32,000 nt of DNA from Hyphomicrobiaceae bacterium. Its GTDB lineage: Bacteria > Pseudomonadota > Alphaproteobacteria > Rhizobiales > Hyphomicrobiaceae. The notes beneath the pieces were generated by a model that ran no database searches, was not told the DNA's origin, and worked only from the letters and a program-made list of their open reading frames with translations. The DNA lies in NCBI GenBank assembly GCA_036821845.1, contig DAISIT010000002.1:77850-109849 (forward strand), in the 5' to 3' direction. The position numbers were made by a program, and so were the translations under genes. Each line of letters opens with the position of its first letter. The stretch's first letter is position 1. Positions 26,030 through 32,000 of the stretch are shown piece by piece.

Positions 26030-29000
26030 TACATTCCCCTCATGCCGGAGCGAACGGCGCGGGCGAGCCCTGCCGCGATCTGGGTGCGGCTGGCATCGAA
26101 GGCGGTCGGGTTCGGCGTCTGGATCGTGACGTTGACGACCGCGCCGCTGGATCGCGGATCGCCGCGTTCATAGGCGCGGGCCTCCTTTCGGTTCAGCACG
26201 CGCTCGCCACGTTGCAGGATCGCCGGCACCTCGTCGGGCTTCAGATAAGCGCCGTCATGGAAGCGCGGCGCGCCCGCAAAGACGTGGAGCGGGACCATGC
26301 GGCCAACACCACCCGCGCCGACCAGACCGCCTTCGTGGAACAGCCGCGAGAAGATGCTGCCGAGGATGCCGCTGCCTTGCCCGAAGGTCGGCAGGTTCGA
26401 ACCGAAAAGCAGGTTCTTCAGGGGATTGAGCAGAGCGAGCTTGATCATCTCGCGGTTCAGATCCTGAAGCGCGAGGCGTCCCGCATCGGCCCATGATTTC
26501 CAGTCGAGTTTGCCTTGCGCCAGAACATCGGCGAAGCGATCGAGCGCGGAGCCGACTGCGGTTTCGATGGCGCGATAGGCCGCGTCCTGCCGCTGAAGCT
26601 CCTGTGTGAGCCGCTCGATCTTGCCGGCGTTTTCGACGATGGCTCGGCCTTCTTCGCTCGCGAGATCGATCCCGCGCGAGCGCAAGCCCTGCTCGGCGCG
26701 CAGCTGGGCAATGATGACCGAGCGCTCGGAGGCGCTTTGGCCGATCAGCCCGATCTGGCGTTGCAGAAGGGTGATCTCGTCCTTTTGGTTTTCGACGGCT
26801 TCGCGGCCGGCGAGTTGCCGGTTGAGTTCGTCGATCCGCCGGGCATTGCCGATGGCGGATTGCCCTTCCGGGCTTGCCGCATCGATCCCGCGCTGGCGCA
26901 ATTGCTGGATGGCGCGGAGGGTGGCCAGTTCTTCCGCGCGCTTGGCGACGGATGCGCCGACAAGCGCGACCTGCCGTTCCAGCAGCGTAATCTCGTCGCG
27001 CTGGTCGCGCAGCTGTTCCTGGCCGCGCAGCGTCCGGTTCAGGCCTTCGATCTGGCGGGCGGAGTCGATGTAGGCGCGGGCTTCCTCGCTCGCGAGATCG
27101 ACGCCGCGGCGGCGAAGCTCCTGTTCGGCGCGCATTACGGCCAGCGCATCGCCGCGCGCCGCGACGGTCGCATTGATCAGCGCCACCTGCCGCGTCAGAA
27201 GTTCGATCTCCCGGCGGCGATCCTCGTTCGCGGAAAGCGTTTGCGCGCGTTCCTGTTCGACGAAGAGCCGACCATAGGCTTCGCGCATCCGCTCAATGAT
27301 GCGGGTGAGGGTTTCCTTCGCTTCGCCCTCGGCCAGCGCCTGGGCCGTCAGAAGCGGGCGAAGCGCCTGCTCGACCTGCATCACTTGGCTTGCCTTGGCC
27401 GAAGCCAGCGAGCCAGCGGCGACCGCATCGTTGACGCGCTTCTGGGCGGAGGCTTCCGCCGTCAGATCGGCAACCTGCCGAGCGCCGGTCGCGGCCTGCT
27501 CGGCGATGCGTTCGCGCAGCGCCTGACGGGCGCGGGCTTCGGCATCGATGCCTTCACGCGCCTGTTCGATCACGCCGGTCTTGCGGGCCTCGGCCCGCTC
27601 GGCTGCCGCAGCGCTTTCGAGATAAGCGTTCGCCAAGGCGAGTGTCGCACGAATCGACACCTCGGTGACGGAGGATTGCGAAACAACGGCCTGCGTCGCC
27701 GCATCGACCGCCGGTCGGAAGCGCGCCAGTTCGGCCGTCACGCGCCGATAGGCGGCTTCTACCTCCGCCACATCGTTGAGCTTCGAGCGCGTCAGCGGAT
27801 CATCGAGCGCCGAGCGCAAGGTCGCCTGTTCACGGCGCAGGCGCTCAAGATCGCGCGCGCCGGGGATGATGTCGCGGGCGGCTTCACCTGCGCGAACCGA
27901 AAGCTCGTTCGCCCGGGCGTCGGCCGCAAGCTGAGCGGCGCGGCGCTGCTGATCGGCAAGCTGCGCTTCGATCTCGGCGATCCGCCGCTCGACCTGCGGC
28001 AGCATCAGCGGCACGGCATTACCGCGGATGTTTTCGCGGAGCCGATCCCGCTGCCACTTCAGGAGATCGAGTTCTTCCGACGGATTGCGGCCATCGACGG
28101 CGCGATCCACCGCCTTGCCGATGGCGTCGAAGGCGTTCGAAGCCTGCCGGGCGACATAATTCCAGGCGCGGCCGAAGGCGTTGGTCGCCTGTTCGGCATC
28201 GGCCAGCGCCGGCACAAGCGCGTTCAGGAGAACCCGCTGCGCTTCGGTGCGGTTGTTCTGATCGACCAGCGTGCGGATATACTGCCGCGTCCGGTCGTCC
28301 AGGAAAGCGAGGCGGGCATTGAGTTCGTCGGCGCCGCGCACCGGATCGGCGAGCGCAGTTGCGAGCTGCTCGGCTCCGGCCTTGGTTTCGACGCCCATCG
28401 TGACGGCGAAGTTGCGGGCGATGCCGATCGCGCGGCCCATTTCTTGCGCCCCGATCTTGCCGGTGCGGAGGAAGGCGACTTCCATCTCGCGCGCGGCTGT
28501 CACCGAGACCTTGCCGGTTTCGGCCGCGCTATGGGCGACCCGCTCAAGTTCGGCGGCGGTCGTGCCCGAGGCGCGGCCCGCGCCCATCAGCGCGGTGGTG
28601 ACCGCGCGCGTCGATGCATCGTTCGCCACCCAGGCGGCGGTGAGGCCGACGGCCGCGACGGTGACGCCGGCAACGATCCCGCCGACAACCCCGAGCGCCG
28701 AACCGAAGGCGGCGAGCGTTCCGCGCAAGCCGCCGAAGGCCTGCGTCACCTGACCGCCCTGCTGCATGAGGATGGTCATCGGCGACATGCCGGTCGACAT
28801 CGACGCCACCACGTCGTTGAACGTGTATTGCAGCGTCAGCAGCTGGTTGCGGGTGAGGCCGGACGCGCCGCCCACTCCCTTGATCGCCTGCGATGTCTGG
28901 TCGAAGCGCTGCTTCGCCAAGCCTTGCGCGGCGGCATGTTCGGCTGACGTGATCGCCCCTCGCTTGGCGAGCGTGGCGTATTCGGCGAGTTCCCGGTTCA

Positions 29001-29376
29001 GGCGGGCCTGCGCTGCGCCGAGCGGATCGATCGCGGCGCGCAGCGCATTCGCCCGAGCCGCGAAGCTTTCCGCGTCCCGCGCCGCTTCCTCGAAGACGCT
29101 CGCCGAGTCGCGGGCGGATTTGCGCGTAGGGCGGTCAACGTTCAGAACGGTGTTGAACCGCTTCTGCGAAGCGTCGGCTTCGCCGGCCATGCGCGCGGCT
29201 TCGGCCAGGCGCTTCAGCCGCGCGACCTCGCGGTCGGTTGCGGCGCCGGAGCGGTCCATCGCCTTTTCAACCGAGCCGAAGGCCGCTTGCCCGGATTGCC
29301 CGACCTCCTCGAAGGCGCGCTTGATCTCCGCCTTCCCCTCGATGCCGAGGCGGATGGAGACGTTGGTGGCGCTCAT
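26029..29376 (-). CDS. Tail tape measure protein (1115 aa)
   Basis: It lies downstream of the chaperone pair and is long and Ala/Arg/Glu-rich helical. It has a central hydrophobic block (GGLRGTLAAFGSALGVVGGIVAGVTVAAVGLTAAWV), internal tandem repeats and a C-terminal FHEGG...PAILQRGERVL motif common in tape measure proteins. Confidence 0.9.
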   Translation of the reverse strand: MSATNVSIRLGIEGKAEIKRAFEEVGQSGQAAFGSVEKAMDRSGAATDREVARLKRLAEAARMAGEADASQKRFNTVLNVDRPTRKSARDSASVFEEAARDAESFAARANALRAAIDPLGAAQARLNRELAEYATLAKRGAITSAEHAAAQGLAKQRFDQTSQAIKGVGGASGLTRNQLLTLQYTFNDVVASMSTGMSPMTILMQQGGQVTQAFGGLRGTLAAFGSALGVVGGIVAGVTVAAVGLTAAWVANDASTRAVTTALMGAGRASGTTAAELERVAHSAAETGKVSVTAAREMEVAFLRTGKIGAQEMGRAIGIARNFAVTMGVETKAGAEQLATALADPVRGADELNARLAFLDDRTRQYIRTLVDQNNRTEAQRVLLNALVPALADAEQATNAFGRAWNYVARQASNAFDAIGKAVDRAVDGRNPSEELDLLKWQRDRLRENIRGNAVPLMLPQVERRIAEIEAQLADQQRRAAQLAADARANELSVRAGEAARDIIPGARDLERLRREQATLRSALDDPLTRSKLNDVAEVEAAYRRVTAELARFRPAVDAATQAVVSQSSVTEVSIRATLALANAYLESAAAAERAEARKTGVIEQAREGIDAEARARQALRERIAEQAATGARQVADLTAEASAQKRVNDAVAAGSLASAKASQVMQVEQALRPLLTAQALAEGEAKETLTRIIERMREAYGRLFVEQERAQTLSANEDRRREIELLTRQVALINATVAARGDALAVMRAEQELRRRGVDLASEEARAYIDSARQIEGLNRTLRGQEQLRDQRDEITLLERQVALVGASVAKRAEELATLRAIQQLRQRGIDAASPEGQSAIGNARRIDELNRQLAGREAVENQKDEITLLQRQIGLIGQSASERSVIIAQLRAEQGLRSRGIDLASEEGRAIVENAGKIERLTQELQRQDAAYRAIETAVGSALDRFADVLAQGKLDWKSWADAGRLALQDLNREMIKLALLNPLKNLLFGSNLPTFGQGSGILGSIFSRLFHEGGLVGAGGVGRMVPLHVFAGAPRFHDGAYLKPDEVPAILQRGERVLNRKEARAYERGDPRSSGAVVNVTIQTPNPTAFDASRTQIAAGLARAVRSGMRGM
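26572..27219 (-). repeat. Three tandem 216-bp (72-aa) in-frame repeats inside the tape measure gene
   Basis: The three units start RRREIELLTRQVALINATVAARGDALAVMRAEQELRRRGVDLASEEARAYIDSARQIEGLNRTL..., QRDEITLLERQVALVGASVAKRAEELATLRAIQQLRQRGIDAASPEGQSAIGNARRIDELNRQL..., and QKDEITLLQRQIGLIGQSASERSVIIAQLRAEQGLRSRGIDLASEEGRAIVENAGKIERLTQEL.... Confidence 0.8.
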
Positions 29377-30037
29377 GATGGATCAGTGTTCCGACGATAG
29401 GCGTTGACGACGATGGGTTCGATCTCGGGCAGGACATCAACGAGAAGCGGGTTCAGTGCGCCCATGGCGTGGGCGAGCATCAGGATCGCCCCGAAATCGA
29501 GCGCATAGACGCCACCCATCACCGCGCGAACCTGCCCGGCCGAGCGGCGGACTACTGCCCAAGCCAGCGACCCTTCCGCAGTTGCGGGCTCGTGCTCGAC
29601 ATAGGGACAGCCCGAACAGCGCAACGGACAAGCGGCGCAGTAGCTTTCGCCGCCGTCGAAGTGCCATTCGGCCAGGGCGATCAGACGTTTTTTTCGTCAA
29701 GCCTCGTCAGCGCAGGGCCGACATAGAGCCGATCGATGGCGTCGAAGGCGGGCCAGAGTTCGAGCAACTGCTCGATGGCCTCCTTGTTTGGATCGATCGG
29801 CTTGCCCTTGGCGTCGCCGATCCCCTCCCAGGCCACAATGCCGGTCTGGGCGAGAGCGCGGGTGAAGGCCGCGCCCGCTTCGATCGTCGCCTGCTCGCCG
29901 CCGGCCTTCAGCGCTTCGCCTGCAGCGCCGCGCGCGATCAGCATCGCGGCGACCGAGACGGGGCGGAATTGGATGCGCACGCCGGGCAGCACATCGAGCC
30001 AGAAGGGTTCGGCTGATACGGGTTCGAGCTTGAGCAT
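29373..30037 (-). CDS. Tail assembly chaperone, predicted -1 frameshift fusion product (lambda GT-like)
   Basis: Track ORF 29373..29624 is in the -1 frame relative to 29681..30037. That frame stays open upstream exactly to the slippery site, with a TGA two codons before it. It has no ATG/GTG start or RBS of its own, and its stop forms an ATGA overlap with the tape measure start. Confidence 0.6.
29681..30037 (-). CDS. Tail assembly chaperone (lambda G-like short product, 118 aa)
   Basis: It sits between the tube and tape measure genes, the product is acidic, and the ORF ends GAC GAA AAA AAC GTC TGA on a slippery run. Confidence 0.7.
   Translation of the reverse strand: MLKLEPVSAEPFWLDVLPGVRIQFRPVSVAAMLIARGAAGEALKAGGEQATIEAGAAFTRALAQTGIVAWEGIGDAKGKPIDPNKEAIEQLLELWPAFDAIDRLYVGPALTRLDEKNV
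29687..29693 (-). promoter_or_regulatory. Programmed -1 ribosomal frameshift heptamer A_AAA_AAC
   Basis: The minus strand reads gac gAA AAA AAC gtc tga (T-run 29688-29694 on the plus strand). It is of X_XXY_YYZ type and sits 2 codons before the zero-frame stop. Confidence 0.6.
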
Positions 30038-30079
30038 GGTGGCTCCTTCGGGGTTGGTCGGATTGTGGGGAAGGGAAGA

Positions 30080-31351
30080 TCAGTAGGAGGCCACGTCGTT
30101 GGTCAGAACGACGGTGCAGGTCTTGTTCAGAACGGGATCGAGCGCGGCCTGCCAGGCGAACGGGATCTGAATGCCGCCCGGCCCCTGAATCTGCCGATTG
30201 CCGCGCGGCAGGAACACGCGGTGCGCGGTGAAGAGGAGCGAGCGGCTGGCGTCGATGGTCCAGCCGAAGGCGATCTCGCAGGGCGTGCGGGCGGTGGCCT
30301 GATCAAGCAGGCTCGTATCCTGAAACCGCGCATTGAGATTGCCCGAGCATTTGACGATGCCGGGATCGATATCGGCGATGCGCCCGTCGGAGCGGATGAC
30401 TTCGATCTTTTCGAGGTTGTTCGAATACATCAGTTCGGCCGAGACGATGTTGCCGAGCACCGCGCCGTTTCGGGTTATTGATCCCTGAAACTGGCTGAAG
30501 CGCTCGACATCGAGCGCGGTCGGCGTGCCCGCGCCCGTGGTGATAGCCGTCGCCTCGCCTTGCGCGATCACGTTGACGGTCGCCGACAGAAGCCCGGAGC
30601 GTTGCGCCTGGACGGACAGGCTGTTCGCCCGCGCGCCGTAGTTCATGCCAAAGAACGGTACGTCCGGAAGGCCGACCTCGATCGACATCGACGGCAGGTT
30701 CTGCGTGCCGGAGACGAAGGTGTGGCCGTTCGCCCCGCCGGTGAGTGTCGCGCCCGAGATCGTACCATTCGAGGCGGGCGTGGTTGACGCGGCGATCGTG
30801 AAGCTGTTGCCGCCAAGGCCGAGCGTGTCATGCGTGATCGTCAGCGTGTTGCCGCCGGTCTGGGCATAGGTCGCCGCAGCGACTGCCGGCACAACGCTGG
30901 CATTGAGGACGGTTACGGCATTGGTCAGCGTCGCGCCGAGATTGGCCCCGATCTGGATCTGGTTGCCGGTCGGTGCAGCAGAAACGAAGGTGAAGGCGGT
31001 TCCAGCGATCGTGATCGTCGCGTTCGCCGCGGGCTGGGCGGAGAACAGGATCGAGCCCCGGGCCGCGACCGACGCGGCGGTCGTCGGGTTGCCGAACAGC
31101 GCCTTAAGCCAGAAGCCGATGTTGCGGTGATCCATCGGAACGACGATGTCGCTTTCGTTCGACACCACGTCATAGGCCGGCGTCAGCGGATCGCGGCCAT
31201 AGCCGAGGAGATCGCTCTCGATCAGGGATTGCTCTTCGCCGAGATTGGCCGAGACGAAGGGCAGCTTGCGAAAGCCCGTGCCGGGCGTGACGCCATAGGT
31301 GGCTTCAAACACCGCAGCCATGACGGCGTTGGCGCCGCGTGCGCGTGCCAT
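30080..31351 (-). CDS. Major tail (tube) protein, unusually large (423 aa) with an inserted Thr/Ala/Gly/Asn-rich domain
   Basis: It lies between the terminator-like gene and the chaperone and has a strong aggag RBS. The N- and C-terminal parts look like a globular beta protein. aa ~95-215 form a low-complexity beta-rich insert (ANATITIAGTAFTFVSA... NTLTITHDTLGLGGNSFTIAAS...). Confidence 0.65.
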   Translation of the reverse strand: MARARGANAVMAAVFEATYGVTPGTGFRKLPFVSANLGEEQSLIESDLLGYGRDPLTPAYDVVSNESDIVVPMDHRNIGFWLKALFGNPTTAASVAARGSILFSAQPAANATITIAGTAFTFVSAAPTGNQIQIGANLGATLTNAVTVLNASVVPAVAAATYAQTGGNTLTITHDTLGLGGNSFTIAASTTPASNGTISGATLTGGANGHTFVSGTQNLPSMSIEVGLPDVPFFGMNYGARANSLSVQAQRSGLLSATVNVIAQGEATAITTGAGTPTALDVERFSQFQGSITRNGAVLGNIVSAELMYSNNLEKIEVIRSDGRIADIDPGIVKCSGNLNARFQDTSLLDQATARTPCEIAFGWTIDASRSLLFTAHRVFLPRGNRQIQGPGGIQIPFAWQAALDPVLNKTCTVVLTNDVASY

Positions 31352-31376
31352 GGGAATACTCCTGTCGTTGTTGGTT

Positions 31377-31454
31377 CAGTTCCAAAGGCCCGAGCGCGGT
31401 CGAAGGGCCGTCGATCAGTTCCAAAGGTCCGAGCGAAGTCGAAGGACCGTCGAT
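31377..31454. repeat. Two tandem 39-bp intergenic repeats (plus a partial third copy) upstream of the tube gene
   Basis: The units are cagttccaaaggcccgagcgcggtcgaagggccgtcgat (31377-31415) and cagttccaaaggtccgagcgaagtcgaaggaccgtcgat (31416-31454), 35/39 identical. They are followed by cagttc... overlapping the upstream stop codon. Confidence 0.85.
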
Positions 31455-31888
31455 CAGTTCAACGGATCGGTCGTCGCGTAGACGGCGAGGATCGCGAGAT
31501 CGGCGAAGCGTCCGGGCAAGGCACCGAGCGCTTCGATATCGTCCGTCACCGGCGCTTCGGCTTCGATCCAGTCGCAAAGCCCGCCGAGCGTCCGGTTTCC
31601 CATGACCGCCGCGCCGATCGCCCCTAGCATGGCGTCCACCACCTGCTCGCGGGTGAGGGTGGCGCTCTCATAGGCGGCGATCTCAAGCGGGATGCGGTGC
31701 GAATAGAGATAGGTTAGCGGCGAGAGGCTGATTTCCGGATCGCCGGGATCGCCGTCGCGGATCACGACCAACCCGCCGGGCGGAATGCGTTCGGCCTTGG
31801 CCAGATTGCGCTTCACCTCCGCGCCCGGCAGGGCAGCGGCGACAAGCGCCTTCACCGCCGCAAGGACGGTTTCGCGTTTCGAAGCCAT
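31454..31888 (-). CDS. Putative tail terminator / tail completion protein (144 aa)
   Basis: It lies immediately upstream of the tube gene. I chose the in-frame ATG at 31888 (MASKRETVLAAVKALVAAALPGAEV...). Size and the N-terminal pattern resemble gpU/DUF3168-type proteins. The assignment is by synteny only. Confidence 0.5.
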   Translation of the reverse strand: MASKRETVLAAVKALVAAALPGAEVKRNLAKAERIPPGGLVVIRDGDPGDPEISLSPLTYLYSHRIPLEIAAYESATLTREQVVDAMLGAIGAAVMGNRTLGGLCDWIEAEAPVTDDIEALGALPGRFADLAILAVYATTDPLN

Positions 31889-31901
31889 GGGTGACCAGCT
31901 C

Positions 31902-32000
31902 TCAGGATTGCGGCCAGTGTCGCGCAATCAACGAGGGCACGCGCGCGGCTTGCCGTTTGGCGGCGCTCTCGACATCGAGGCGCTTCTTCAGCGCGACCTG
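31902..32000 (-). CDS. 3' end of an upstream phage morphogenesis gene (head-tail joining region), partial
   Basis: The open frame reads ...QVALKKRLDVESAAKRQAARVPSLIARHWPQS, then TGA at 31902-31904. It continues past the window edge, and function is inferred from position only. Confidence 0.35.
   Translation of the reverse strand, partial: QVALKKRLDVESAAKRQAARVPSLIARHWPQS

Larger units (their letters stand above)
17803..32000 (-). mobile_element. Prophage late region (tail morphogenesis plus lysis), siphovirus-like with a GTA-type distal tail module; continues beyond the window
   Basis: An uninterrupted, tightly coupled minus-strand array runs tail terminator-like, tube, chaperone (frameshift), tape measure, DUF2460, DUF2163, NlpC/P60, megatron-like, DUF2793, endolysin, holin-like. 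No integrase or att site is visible in the window. Confidence 0.8.

Noticed and set aside
31339-31605. + strand ORF giving the repetitive peptide SSKGPSAVEGPSISSKGPSEVEGPSISS.
   Set aside because: The periodic peptide is simply a translation of the 39-bp (13-codon) intergenic tandem repeat. The rest of the ORF is antisense to the terminator-like gene.

Overview
High-GC alphaproteobacterial DNA; the gene content looks Bradyrhizobium/Rhodopseudomonas-like, which is inference only. The window has three blocks. (1) nt 1-8078 is ordinary core genome: an L,D-transpeptidase fragment, a secreted protein, ada, a pabB-pabC fusion, a trio of ArnT-like GT, GT2 and LAB_N membrane protein, and then an initiator tRNA-Met (8079-8155). 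(2) nt ~8156-17800 begins directly after the tRNA. It is a compositionally patchy, partly low-GC, ABC-transporter-dependent polysaccharide (O-antigen/capsule-type) locus. It holds a GT2, a GT-B enzyme, a 1251-aa three-GT protein with a long internal coiled coil, wzt with a C-terminal carbohydrate-binding domain, wzm and wecB. (3) nt ~17803-32000, all on the minus strand, is the late region of a siphovirus-like prophage. In transcription order it encodes a tail terminator-like protein, a large tube protein, a tail chaperone with a -1 frameshift site, a 1115-aa tape measure, a GTA-type distal tail module (DUF2460, DUF2163, NlpC/P60, megatron-like host-specificity protein, DUF2793), and a lysis cassette. 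The lysis cassette abuts wecB with no clear gap. The main findings follow. The giant GT has a WbbB-like polymerase/ruler/terminator architecture. GC breakpoints fall inside ORFs at domain boundaries. The glycan locus may be prophage cargo or may be driven by the prophage. An opposite-strand moron ORF sits inside the tail module. The chaperone gene ends on an A_AAA_AAC slippery site. A structured 39-bp tandem repeat lies upstream of the tube gene. I saw no CRISPR array, no integrase and no recognisable defence genes, and I cannot point to a clearly new multi-gene system beyond these observations.
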